Source: Rhina ancylostomus (taxonomy: Eukaryota). From it: DNA of 64,000 bases. Position numbers and translations under genes: made by a program. The notes under the pieces were generated by a model. The model was not told the origin of the DNA and did no database searches. It was given only the letters and a program-made list of their open reading frames with translations. Location of the stretch: contig JARFYF010000007.1 in assembly GCA_030265395.1 (NCBI GenBank), positions 81,699,344 to 81,763,343 on the forward strand, written 5' to 3'. Positions 50,301 to 63,095 of this stretch are shown piece after piece. Every line of letters begins with the position of its first letter. Within the stretch, counting starts at the first letter, position 1.

Positions 50301-52061
50301 GTAGGTTCAACAGATTGTTCTCTTTGTACAGATGAACATAGACTGAGGTTAAGACAGAGACCTTGTATGCAACACAAGCTCTTTTTGGCTCTGCACTTTC
50401 TTCCTTCGTGAGGTGACGTACTTTTAAGTCCCATAAGCTGCAGTGACTTAGCACTGATGTATCAGCCGGAATCTTAATTTATGAACACACCATGAGTTGT
50501 TAATCCGTGTCTGTCTGTTACCAGCACTCACTATCAAATTTCACCTCATGCCTCTGGAGAAGGGTCAGAAACTTGATCACTGAAGCAGGCTGCTATGGTT
50601 CAATGCTTAATTTATGATGTTATAAATGAGCAGTGGATTGAACTGGTTCCTTAAGTGTGATAACTTTGTCTGAAACACCTGACCACAAAAGGTAGATTCT
50701 GACCATTGAAAGCCCTTATCAGCCTTATTCCATAAATTGTTAGATATTTAACACATTTATTATTGATGTTTCTCTGTAACCTTATCCAATGTGTGATTTT
50801 ATTTTTTGTTAATATAAATATTTCTTCAGGGAAAGAGCATGTTTTAAAAGTGGCACTGTGTAATTATAAATTCTAAGCAAACTTATTCCACATTGCAGCT
50901 GAAGTCCCTTGGACCTGTGCCATTATACAACATAAATCTTTGAACACTGCAATCAAATTTGATCTTTCTCCCCTCGATCACCACCCATTCCCCTGAAAGT
51001 TCAGTGGGTAAAGATGTTTTGACACAGGAATGGATAAAACAGGAGAACTTTGGTTGGAAAACTTTCTTGATTCAAGTGACTGGCTATTGCAACCTTGCAG
51101 AATGTTGCCACAAACAATTTTGTTGAAGGTTAGGTGACATTGCTTAAATCCCCATGCCTCCTATAGTATTAATGAGTAGAAGCTCTCTTCTGCTGGATTT
51201 TTATTCTGTGGGAAGAGTTCTGTAGCCAGAAAAGAATTATGGATAAGTGTGGTATGGAGGAGGAATTTCTTGTCATTGGTCTATTTTATATATGTATACT
51301 AATGTTACAAAAACAAGAGCTTGCTGTGTCATGTTTTCCATTTAAACTTTGGTCTTGCAGAGTTTTGAAGTATTAAAGTTTCAAAGGTATTATTAGGAGT
51401 TAATAAAGGTGCAGATATTAAAGTTTTTGGTTACCAATTGAAATCTTTGTCAAATATCATTGGGTCTAATTCCCACACGGAGGGTTGGAGTTTCTCTGAC
51501 CTCTATTGAATGCACTCAAGTCAGCAGGTGAACTCGATGTGGTTCTGGAGACTGAAGTTGAAGCTTCGATCCACACTCAGCTAACAGCGTGCACAGGTGG
51601 GCAGTGCAGAGAATGCTCTCGGCAGTTTGAACGTGTGGGTTGGGTGTGTGACAGTCCCAACCTTGGGTTGTGAGCTGGGCCATGCTGGCTGTATTGGTTT
51701 ATCATTGTCATGCGTACCGAAATGTAGCAAAGTTTTTGTGGGTGACTTCCAAACAGACATTGCCATACAGAATTACACCAACATAGCAAAAGGATAATGC
51801 AGAATATAGTATTGGAGGTACAGAGAGAATGCAGTGCAGGTAGTCAAAGTGCAAGGGCCACGATGAGGTACACTGGGAGATTGAGTTCATCTTTTGCACT
51901 TGTATGCATCACCGTGAACAAGGGTTAAGATTTGGCAATTAAATCATCTGTCTGCATTATCTTGAAAGGCATCTCGCCTTGATAAGCTCTGACCCCTGTG
52001 GATTCTGGAGAAAGCCGGCTGTTTAAGATTAATAAATGTTAATTCCTCTCTTCCCCAACAG

Positions 52062-52290
52062 AGGCAATCCCACTCCTAGTCGGAGTTATCCAGATGGAAG
52101 GGTCCAAAACCAAAGAGAATATTAACTCAACGGAAAACTGTATATCTGCTGTCGGGAAGGTCATGAAGTGTCGACCAGAATGTGTAAATGTCAATGAGAT
52201 TTTACCTCACTGGCTCTCATGGCTTCCACTGCATGAAGACAAAGAGGAGGCAGTGCACACTTTCAGTTATTTGTGCGACCTTATTGAAAG
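52062..52290 (+). CDS. IPO5: Importin-5 exon 24
   Basis: AACAG| [40 protein letters not shown](S) |GCAAGT (GC donor). Confidence 0.95.
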
Positions 52291-52539
52291 GCAAGTTCTC
52301 CATCTCAGTGTAATCCCAAGCAGTGTGAAAAGGTGAAGGAAAATATCCAAGGGTATTGGGGTAAAGGGTCAGAGCTCTAAAACATGGGATGGATCCTCCA
52401 GCCCACCACCTACCTCTTGCCTACACTAATCCCATTTTGCTGCTTGCTTCCCCCTCCACTGATTTCCCTGCTACCCACCTGCACTAGGTGAAGTTTAGTG
52501 ACCAATTAACCTAACAGCCAGCACATCCTTGAGATGTAA

Positions 52540-53185
52540 TTGGTTTGTTATTGTCATGTCTACCAAGATGCAGTGGAAAAACTTTTATTTTGCATACCAT
52601 CCATACAGATCATTTCAAAATGCAAGTACATCGAGGTAGTACAAAGGGAAAAGCAATAACAATGCAGAAGTGTTACACTATTACAGAGAAAGTGCAGGCA
52701 GATAATAATGCACAAGGGCCATGACGAGGTAGATTGAGCTCAAAAGTTGATCTTTATCATACAAGAGGTCTGCTCATGCGGATAGAAGCTGTCCTTGAAC
52801 CTGNNNNNNNNNNNNNNNNNNNNNNNNNNNNNNNNNNNNNNNNNNNNNNNNNNNNNNNNGGTGGGTGGGGTCTTTGATTATGCTGGCTGCTTCACCAAGA
52901 CAACGAGAGGTAAAGACAGAGTCCAAGGAGGGGAGGGTGGTGTCCATAATGCGCTGAGCTGTGTCCACAACTCTCCAGTTTCTTGCAGTCCTGGGCAGAG
53001 CAGTTGCCATACCAAGCCGTGATGCTTCCAGATAGGATGCTTTCTATAGTGCACCAGCAAACATTGATGTGGGTTGTCAATGACATGCTGAATGTCCTTG
53101 ACCTTCTGAGGAAGTAGAGGTACTGGTGAGCTTTCTCGGCCATTGCGTCTCTGGTTGGACAGGCTATTGGTGATGCTTCCACCTA
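52540..53185 (-). mobile_element. Rex1/Babar-type LINE 3' fragment
   Basis: Minus ORF MAEKAHQYLYFLRR..CTIESILSGSITAWYGNCSAQDCKKL. Confidence 0.75.
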
Positions 53186-54709
53186 AGATGTAGGAAGAAA
53201 TCTGAACAACCAGGGGAAACCCACACAGTGAGTAAGGAGAACACACAGGTAGCACCAGGGGTCAGGATCGAACCTAGATCTCGAGGCCTCAGGCAGCAGT
53301 TATAATTACAGCTGCCCCAGGAACAAGGGGACTACCTTCAGCTGTGGCTCAGTGAATGCCATTCTTGCCTCTGCATCAGAGTTCAAGATTTTAAGCCCCA
53401 GTCAAGACCTGAGCCCTAAAATCTAAGCTGATACTCCAGTACACTGCGGAGTGAATAGTGCACCAGGAGAGCAGTCATCTTTTGGGTGAGGCGTTAAACA
53501 CGGGAAGACCCTGTGCTCTCAAGTGGATGTCAGATCCCATGGTATTTGGAGGGAATGTTGATGCCTGGCCAATAATAATGCTCAGGTCATATCTGGTCAT
53601 TTTTACACATTTAGTTTGCACACAGTTTAATTCCACGTTCCCATGTTACAGTCATTGTGGAACTGATGCAGACTTGGAAGGAAACTTTGTCAGTCATGTG
53701 GGAAATGCTCCCGTTATCCCATCCTTTCCCACTAAAGGACTCAAACTCCTGCTAGTTTATTCACAGGATGTGTGTGCTTTGCTAGCAGTTACTCTTGAGA
53801 AGTTGGTGATGAGTCACTTCCTTGGACCACTGGTTTCGTAAGATGAAAGTATTCCTGCATTTCATTGTGGGTTTTGAGACAACTGAACTTCTTGCATCAA
53901 AAACAAATACTGGAACAGCTCAGCAGTGGGGCAGCATCTGTGAAATCCCTTGCCCCACCTTCCCTGCAACTTAAAACTACCTTGTTTTCTCTTTCCCAGG
54001 TCTGACGGTGGATCTTTGACTGGAATGTTAACTTTTCTTTTACTACCGATGCTGCCTGACCTGCTGAGTGTTTCCAGAGCTGCTTGTTCTTGTTTCAGAT
54101 TTCCAGCATCTGCAGCCCTTCTGATTTTAAGTGTCCATCACACTGGGGGGTGTGAAGTCACATAAAGACCAGATCGATAGGGAGGCAGATTCTTTCTCTA
54201 AAGAACGTTAGTGGGTTTTTATTACAATCCAGTGACTTTATGGTCACCAGTTAGTAAATGTGCTTAGTGGCAGTCATTGCAACTTGCTGGTTAGCCCAGG
54301 TACCTGGAATAGCAGGGACAGTGCAAGTGATCGGATGATACGAGAGTCGTCTGCCTGCTNNNNNNNNNNGCCTCAGTACTGTGTATTCACGAGTAAACCT
54401 CCAGATGGTGCTGCAGCCCAGTGTCTCCAAGTGTGGTGGAGAGTTTGTGCAAGTTACTTTCCTATCCTTAGTAAGTGTGACACCCCAAAGGTTCTTTGAT
54501 TTAGGTCAACAATACGTGAAACACAAGGCTTCAGCGACATAGTTTTACTGCCTTTAACAAAGTAAATGCCAGCTGCAGCTCACCTGGCTGTGCTTTGAGT
54601 CCATCATAGTCTCAAATTGCTCTCCAAAGACTTCAGCATAAAAATCTTGTGTGGCATTCCAGTCCAGTATTTAGTGCTATATCAGATATTGTTTCTATCT
54701 GCAGATATA

Positions 54710-55195
54710 GAAACAGGAGTACGGCACAGGCCCTTCACCCCAGGGCATCTGTGCTGACCATGGTGCCAAAGCCCAGCTGTCTGCATGTGGTCTATATCCC
54801 ACCATTCCCTGATGTTCATGTTTCTGTCTAAATGACTCTTAAGCATTGCTGTCGTATCTCCTGGCAGGGCATTCCAGGCATCAACCACTGCTTTTAAAAA
54901 AAAAATTACCTTGCAAATCTAAAATTACCCCCTTTCACGCTAAACCTATGCCATCCTTGGAAAAAGATTCTGACTATCTACCCCATTGATGCCTCTCATA
55001 ATTTTATATACTTCTATCAGGATGCTCCAGAGAAAGCAATCCAAAGTTCTCTAACTTATAGCTAATATGGTGTAATCCAGGCAACATCCTGGTGAACCTC
55101 TTCTGCACCCTCTCCAAAGCCTCCACGTGCTTCCTGTAGTGTGGCGACCAGAACTGCACACAGTACTCCAAATGTGGTCTAACCAAAGTAGGCTG
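54710..55195 (-). mobile_element. CR1-type LINE 3' fragment
   Basis: Minus ORF TLVRPHLEYCVQFWSPHYRKHVEALERVQKRFTRMLPGL. Confidence 0.85.
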
Positions 55196-55884
55196 CATTT
55201 GAGTATAAAAAGAGGGAGTGTGAAGTTATTTGAGGCCCAGTCTGCACAGTCAGGTGGATACTGATGAGTACTGTCTTGAGGAGCAAGGGAATTGTTACTG
55301 ATAAAAGATTACCGTCATATTTTTGCTGTGTAAACTGGCTACTGTGCTTTCTATTTCACAATATCTGCACTTCAAAAAGTACTTAATTGATTGTAAGGAC
55401 TTTAGGATGTCCTGAAAGGAATATGAAAGGCACCACAGAAATGTAAATCTACCTTTAGTAAAAATGCCCCAAACAAAATCTGGCACCGAGCAACGTGAGA
55501 TGTTGGGACTGTGACAAAAAGCTTGGTTAAGCACATTTGAAAGAACATCTTCAGAGAGAAGATGTGAATTTCCAGAGCTTGGGTCTAGGCGGCTAAATGC
55601 CGGTCCAGAGGGATGTGCAAGAGGCCAGAAGTGGGGGGTCATGGAGTGTTAAGCTGTTGTAGGTTAATGTTGGGGATAAGGCTTTGGGAAAGACATCTTG
55701 AGTGAGAGTTTCAAGGATTGAACAGGATTTTGGAAGCAACAGCAAAAGGTTAAAATTGGTTATTTCACTAAATAGTTTGGTAAATTTTTCTATTTCTGAA
55801 ATGAAAATCCTCAAGAAATTGAAGTTTAACAATCCACTGATTTCACAAGTAAAATCATTGTTTTTTTTTATTTTCCACCCACAG

Positions 55885-56026
55885 TAACAATCCAATTGTG
55901 CTTGGCCCTAATAATTCCAGCCTTCCTAGAGTGTTTGCTATCATTGCTGAGGGTCTTGCTAATGAAGCAATAAAGAATGAAGATGCTTGTAGCAAAAGAC
56001 TGGCCAACGTAATCCGACAAGTACAG
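55885..56026 (+). CDS. IPO5: Importin-5 exon 25
   Basis: CACAG| [47 protein letters not shown] |GTAAGT. Confidence 0.96.
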
Positions 56027-57267
56027 GTAAGTGTTGAGGGTGGGGGGAGCAAGTTGTAGGAACTTATTAACGGAGGGGCTGCTTAATTTTGATGTGGTTC
56101 AGTGAATCTCACTTTGATGCGAGTCACTAGGGTGTGGGTTCAAATCCCAGTACAGTGACTGGAGCTCCAATCCAAGTTGACATTGCAATGCAGTCCTGGG
56201 GGAGTGCCGTATGGTCATGGGTTGCAGTATTCCAGAAGAGATGTTAAAATGAAACTCTGTGCAGTCAGGTGAACATAAGATCCTGTGGTACAAAAATGAG
56301 CACAGATTTTCTCTCACGTGCCTTGCTGATGTTTAATCCTCACCTTCCAGATCAGCTGTCTGCTTTATTAACACATTGGGGAATGGGGGGGTGGGGGGGA
56401 TGGGTGTGGTTTNNNNNNNNNNNNNNNNNNNNNNNNNNNNNNNNNNNNNNNNNNNNNNNNNNNNNNNNNNNNNNNNNNNNNNNNNNNNNNNNNNNNNNNN
56501 NNNNNNNNNNNNNNNNNNNNNNNNNNNNNNNNNNNNNNNNNNNNNNNNNNNNNNNNNNNNNNNNNNNNNNNNNNNNNNNNNNNNNNNNNNNNNNNNNNNN
56601 NNNNNNNNNNNNNNNNNNNNNNNNNNNNNNNNNNNNNNNNNNNNNNNNNNNNNNNNNNNNNNNNNNNNNNNNNNNNNNNNNNNNNNNNNNNNNNNNNNNN
56701 NNNNNNNNNNNNNNNNNNNNNNNNNNNNNNNNNNGCTCCCATAATATTATTAATTTCAAAAGTGAATGTATGTACATGTGTTTATTCCTACAACAGCAGA
56801 ACTAGTTCCCTCCCCCTCCATTACTATAGAGGTGTAGTTACCACTTTGAGTGATTTTCTGATTTGTGGACAAAATCGACTTATGGGCATCTGTAAAATCT
56901 GAACCAGTTCGTTACCTGGGGACAGCCTGTAACATGATCAGAGGCTCCTGAAAGAGATGTGATGTACTATGGAATTACAAGTCTTCTTTCTTTGAAAGAG
57001 CTGGTGAAATTTCTCGATCAGCTTGCTGAGATGCATCAATTGTGCAACGTTCAATGTTTGAGATGTTGCTTGGAAAGTGTCATGTAACTGAAACGTTACC
57101 AATACTGACCATTTGGGTTAATTTTTTTCTGACTTTTTTTATTGCATGGTTTAATAGCAGCACGTGGTGCACTTTACATTTTGAGGGCAGTTCTTGCATG
57201 ATGAGAGGGTAAGTGCCCTGACAGTGTGGTGTACCTGCTGAAGAGCCCCTTTCTTGTTTTGTTTCAG

Positions 57268-57354
57268 GGTTCAGGGACTCTGTGGACCGACTGCATGGCA
57301 TCACTGAACGAAGTGCAGCAGGCAGCAATACAGAATCTGTTGAACACTGCTTGA
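57268..57354 (+). CDS. IPO5: Importin-5 terminal coding exon 26
   Basis: TTCAG| GSGTLWTDCMASLNEVQQAAIQNLLNTA-TGA, matching human [28 protein letters not shown]. Confidence 0.95.
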   Translation, partial: GSGTLWTDCMASLNEVQQAAIQNLLNTA

Positions 57355-57915
57355 ATGGCCTTAAATACTCCTAACATGCAAAAATCATTCATGATTTGTC
57401 CTTTTACTCCCTCTTCTGTGAGAGAACTGTTGTGTGGGTCACTTATGCAGACCGCAGTGAGTAGCAGGAAGCTCTGATTCAGCGCACATTGTGTATTAAG
57501 ACTGCTACAAATTACAGAGGAATAACTTCATATCCCACCCTTACAGCACTGATAGTTATTTTTCTACTTTTATCACAAGAACATGGCACAATTGTGGTCA
57601 GTTTAAACAAAAACTGTCTCATATCAACCATAACTATTTTGAAACGAGTTGCTCTAGTACTGGTGTGCATTAAACTGGTAAGATATTTCTATACATCTAG
57701 TATTGTACTAAATAGTGTGGCGATTGGTTTCCCCTCCCGCCCCTTCATCCCTCACCCAACAAAGGTAAGCAATATATTCTCCTGCCTGTTAAAACTGCGG
57801 CATGCAAAATCTCTCATCTATGCTATTGTTTTTGATGATCCTGCCCTCTGTTTGCTGTCCTGCAAACGATTCTGAAATGTGAAGTCCTTCAGCGTGTCCA
57901 GCAGTACCTCAGTCC

Positions 57916-57921
57916 AATAAA
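57916..57921 (+). terminator. Candidate proximal polyadenylation signal
   Basis: AATAAA about 560 nt after the stop codon. Confidence 0.4.
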
Positions 57922-58777
57922 CAATGATGCAATGTGAATCCATGTGATGTGCGCCTTTATTAACTTGAACATGGTTTTCATTCGATGCCCTGCTGTCGAT
58001 GAGACAAATCTGCTCACCAGTTAGGTGATCGTCTTCAATTATTGCTGGATATTGCTTTCCTATGAGCTTCAGACAGTGCTAATTTGATTCCAAGACTGAG
58101 TGTAAGAAATGAGATCAGGGTAATCCAAAGACAAATTGTCAACGGTCTCCTGCTTTATTATGTAACTTCAGTGTTGCAGTAATACAAGTAAGATTATTAA
58201 ATTGCCTGGTGTTGCTGATTTTTGCATCACAAAGGTGCACAACTTGTATCTGAACCAGTGCTTTAAATGATTTTCATTCACATATTGCAATATCAATCCC
58301 ACTTCCATCCCAGTGGGTGTTCTGTGTGATATACTGATCCAAAACTACAAAGNNNNNNNNNNNNNNNNNNTAAAATAGAAAGTTTTGATGCAGCACCCGA
58401 ACTTTAGAGTGAGGATTGCATGGCTCTAAGCTCCAGCTGCTATAATACAGATAATGGCGCTGTGTTTGGTGCTTCAGTATAAAGCAAGTTTTAATTTTTG
58501 ACACTTAGATGAATGACATGTTTGCAAAAGCTGGCTGACTTAACTTCCCTAACAAATAACTTAAGGCAAAACTAAATTTAGCAAAGAAATCAAAGGAATC
58601 TTTGAAACTAGCCAATGGTTTAATGAGTAACTGCAGACAACTAGCAGCTGCCTTGGCAGTATTATGAACTATTTATAGTTTCCCAGATATTTTCATTCAA
58701 TTTCCCCTTACTGCTAAACATTGGGTTTTACTAACTTCTGTAGAAAGCAGTTCTTCTCGATGTAATTGTAATTTCAG

Positions 58778-58783
58778 AATAAA
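58778..58783 (+). terminator. Candidate distal polyadenylation signal
   Basis: AATAAA preceded by TGTA motifs and followed by a GT/T-rich tract (TTCTTTGTGTTTGTT). Confidence 0.6.
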
Positions 58784-59579
58784 TACAATGCAAAACCCGT
58801 CTTGTTCCAGTAGTTAGTTATTCTTTGTGTTTGTTAAACAGATAAGCATTTTAAATGTTAAGAATGGGGGAGAAAATGCATAAGACTTTGTATTCTGCAA
58901 TGTTATTCCTTGTGGAATATCCCTCTATTTCCTCTCTATCATCCTTTATCTTTTTTATTCTGTCCCCTTTCCCCCAAACTCACCTTATGCCACTGGATGC
59001 CTCCATCTCACTGGCACCTCTCTCTCTCAGCCTTCACTCCATGTAGCTAACACTCTGCCAGTATTTATAAGGTTGCAATTGCTGTGTTTTGGAGGGCATT
59101 TTAATTTGATTGTGACTGTGGTAACAAAATGTAGTATTGAGGTATACAGATCCGATCATCACATCGGTGTGGAGTGGGACAGGATGCCAGCCCTGGTTAC
59201 CTGTTCTTCCAACACTCCAGTAATCCAACAACAAAGTATGTTTCAGAAGAATGGATTAGGGGTTCATTACAGTGAATCCCACTGATCTAATAGCTGGTAA
59301 TATTACTGGAACTGGAGTACCACAGCCGTGAACAAGCCTTAACCTTCCGTGGAACTGTTGGGTAGAGTTATTGCCTTTGCAAGAAGGAAAGAATTTAACT
59401 CTGCTGAAGAAATTGATCTGCTTCACTGAGAGGTGCCACTATAGTGTAAACCTGATGTAATTAACACCTCTGTACAGTTCATCTGTGTCCACAAAGTAAA
59501 ATGGATACCTTTTGCTGTTAATATTGGATAGTCTTTCCAGGAGTAGGAAAGTACTCTGAAATACACCAGTTAAATTAGT

Positions 59580-60012
59580 CACGGAGAGATACAGGCCCTT
59601 CAGCCCACAGAGTCTGTGCTGAACATAAACCACCCATTTACAGTAATCCAACATAAATCCCTTTTTTATTCCTCTCAACTCTCNNNNNNNNNNNNNNNNN
59701 NNNNNNNNNNNNNNNNNNNNNNNNNNNNNNNNNNNNNNNNNNNNNNNNNNNNNNNNNNNNNNNNNNNNNNNNNNNNNNNNNNNACCCCCCCCCCCCCCCT
59801 CCAGATTCCACCACTCACCCACACCACTAGGTGCAATTCAGTGGCCAATTAACCTACTGACCCACACATCTTTGGAATGTGGGAGGAAACCCACGCGGTC
59901 ACAGGGAGAATGTGCAAACTCCACACGGACAGCAGCCCGAGGTCAGGATCAGACTCTGGTTGCTGAGGGTGAAAGGCAACGGCTCGACGTGATGCACCAC
60001 TGTGCTACCCTG
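59580..60012 (-). mobile_element. V-SINE (HE1-like)
   Basis: TCTTTGGAATGTGGGAGGAAACC..GGTCACAGGGAGAATGTGCAAACTCCACAC..GGTCAGGATC. Confidence 0.75.
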
Positions 60013-60644
60013 TGGGGTCTATTTACGCTTCTGTTAAAATTCATTTGCTTAAAGTTTCAGTGGAGTGTCTTGGAATATGAGCATTTTACTTGCTCCAGGA
60101 ATAATTTTGATGAGTATTTAAGAGTAGCCGTCTGGCTCACTTTGATAAAGTCCATTATAGACACCAATGCAAGAATTTTTGATTGGGTCTGTGCATGTGA
60201 TCTGATAAAGCTTCAATGAACTTTTTATAATCTAGGAAGGAAAGTCTTTGTACTTCCCGTCCTGATGCAGGGTTTTGTTCCAAAGTGTTGACTATCCCTT
60301 TGCCTCCACAGATGCTGCTTGACCCGCTGAGTTCATTTGTTTTTACAAACTACATCGTCTGCAGTCTCTTGTCTCCAAGTCCTCATAATCTCCCTGGTTC
60401 AACCTTCAGATATTTCTACCTAGAATTATTCCAGATAAATTAAAAAAGACTAACCAATGCCAGTGCACCCAAGGAAATGAGAAATTTGGAAATTTTGCTG
60501 GACCAACAGCCTCTGGAATTTTGAGATGTTAACCTTGAGCCTTGGCTCTGATCCAGGCCACTCAAATCTTAACCAGTGCAAAAGATCACAAATGTGGCAA
60601 GTGTGTATTTGCCTGTGCTATATCAACATCGAGAATTTCCTGCA

Positions 60645-61185
60645 CATAGAACAGTAGAGCACAGGAACCGGCCCTTCAGCCCACGATGTGCTAAACTAAT
60701 TAAGCTTCTGCCTGCACATGGTCCATATCCCTCCATTCTCTGCACGTTCATGTGCCTATCTAAGAGCCTCTTAAATGCCTCTCGTATCTACCTCCACCAC
60801 CACCCCCAGCAGCGCATTCCAGGCACCCACCGCTCTGTTTCTTTTCAAGATAAAACTTGCCCCGCACATCTCCTTTGAACTTCCCCCTCTCACCTTAAAT
60901 ACATGCCCTCTCGTATTTGACATTACAACACTTGGGAAAAAGATATGAACTGTCTATCTATGCCTCTTGTAATCTTATAAACTTCTATCAGGTCTCCCCT
61001 TACCCCTGCCACTCCAGAGAAAACAACCCAAGTTTGCCCAACCTCTCCTTGTAGCTCATAGCCTCTAACCCAGGCAGCATCCTGGTGAACCACATCTGTG
61101 CCCCCTCCAAAGCCTCCACATCCACCCCATAATGGGGTGACCAGAACTAAATGTAATACTCTAGATGTGGCCTAACCAGAGTTTA
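60645..61185 (-). mobile_element. CR1-type LINE 3' fragment
   Basis: Reverse-strand CR1 tail and TLVRPHLEYYI.FWSPHYG remnant. Confidence 0.8.
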
Positions 61186-61575
61186 TGATCCACTTGTATC
61201 TAGATTACAGTCCTCCCATAAACCTCTGAAAGTTAGGAGTTGGGACAAGAACCTTCCACTTCAAGTTTGGATGAAAACATATCAAGCATTCCATTTCATC
61301 AATTGACCTCCAGTGAAGTGGAGTTTCTGTAAAACTTATTAAGAATGTTGTTAGCTCATAATAGAAAGTACAGCCAGATTTTTGAGGTGAAGTTCCTTGG
61401 CTTGAGTTGCCTGTTGGATTTTTTTTTCATTATAAGCTTGATCATAAAAGCTAAGAGTTTTAGTTCTGTTTTTCTGCTGTTAAATTGCCAGTTGGCCAGG
61501 GTAACTATACCCAGGCTTGCTGTTGTTCTCCAAAGCTTGAACCAGGGGAAATACTTGACATGCCCTCCTAGATTA

Positions 61576-62255
61576 CAGGCAACCGCTGGCATTACAGACA
61601 CTTGGGTTACGGAACTTCGACCTTGCAGAATTCACCACTCCCCAAAAATCTGAGATGGGTGGGGGGGAGAGGGAAGTCTGCTCTGGTGGGGGGGGGGAAG
61701 NNNNNNNNNNCCCCCCCCCGCCCCCCACATAAACACAAAGTGTGAAAGAAATCAATTTTTTCCTTTGTTTTAATTTGCATTTGTTGATGCATGCACAGAT
61801 AATGTGACAGATTATTATTAGGTCAGTAGGTTTATTTTGTGATCTTATTTGATATAAATTTAAAGGTGTATGGCTCCATTCAAACTGGAGGCTGGACAAT
61901 CCTTCCCATTCTTCCCCACCTGGCTCCATCTGCCCCTTCGCTCCTCACCTGTCTCTACCTAACACCACCTTCCAGCCTGTTTTTTTTGCTCCGGGTTGCA
62001 GCATCTGCAGTCACTTGTCTCTCCAAACGCAGCTGCTGGCCACTAAAGAGATTTGCTTTGGAAACTGGCAAAGCAATCTCCTCAGTGGCCCCCCGCTGTG
62101 ATCCAGCGGCTGTGGTACTGTCTTTATTGTTGAGAGAAAAATGTCCCCTAGGAATGTATTGCTGTTTACATTGGGAAATAGGATGTCATGTTACAGAAAA
62201 TCATGATGCGCAGTTTTCGAGGCACATAACCCCTCTGTAACGCAGGGGTCGCCTG
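61576..62255. mobile_element. Tc1/mariner (Tigger-like) MITE
   Basis: TA-CAGGCAACCGCTGGCATTACA on the left and TGTAACGCAGGGGTCGCCTG on the right form imperfect TIRs. Confidence 0.55.
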
Positions 62256-62904
62256 TGCAGAAATATAATGGAGGCCATTTGACCCATCATAGGTATACTA
62301 GCTTAAAAATACAGCCCAGCCTACTCCCACGTTTCAGTTTAAAGTACTCAACCAAGTTTTTTTTCCTTTTGAAAACAATAAGTTTGTGTCCTTCTGGGAG
62401 TGAGTCTTGGGAAGGAAGAGTAGATTGGTTTGTTGTCACATGTACCGAAATACAGTAAAATTTTGTTCATCCCCTGCAAAGCTCAACAATCCTCGTGCAA
62501 TCTCTGTTCCCAGGCTACTGAACTTTGCAGAAGGGAGAGGTTCATCCAGCAAGTCTTTTCTTAATCTTATATACAAATAAATATTTCCTCAATCTCTGTT
62601 TCCGAATGAAAAGGGCAAAGCCTGATAGTTGTTTTAACACGAGCCCCTGCTGCACATTTTCCTATAGGATTCTGTAGACTGAAAGAGCACGTTCTTTCTG
62701 ACAATGCCTGAGATTGGGTTACTTGAGAATGTAAAGAGGGGTGTAATTGTATAGTTTTTGGGGGTGCTATTGGGGGGAAAGAACACTGCATGTGCTTAAA
62801 TGCTGTGGCTTTAATAGTGTGCACTGTCTTCTGCTAACATGGTCCATTTCTAGCGGATGTCATTTGTCCATTATGATGACTGTGGGCATCGATGGGTTGT
62901 GATC

Positions 62905-63095
62905 GATCCACAGAGGATGCAATCTCCACTTTGCCCTACCTCGCACTGTCACATCTGGAAGAATATTCATGCCAGGATCCTCTTCATCGCCTTCAGCTCA
63001 GCATTTAACACGATCAGTCCACAACAGCTGGTGGAAAAGCTGAGGCTGTTAAAGGTGGACACTGGCATTTGCAATTGGGTCCTCAATTTCCTGAC
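62905..63095 (+). mobile_element. Rex1/Babar-type LINE RT fragment
   Basis: [42 protein letters not shown]. Confidence 0.8.

Noticed and set aside
57830-57878. TGATGA..CTGA in the 3' UTR (snoRNA- or SECIS-like)
   Set aside because: It is exonic and too short, the stop codon matches the normal IPO5 C-terminus, and no SECIS helix could be built.
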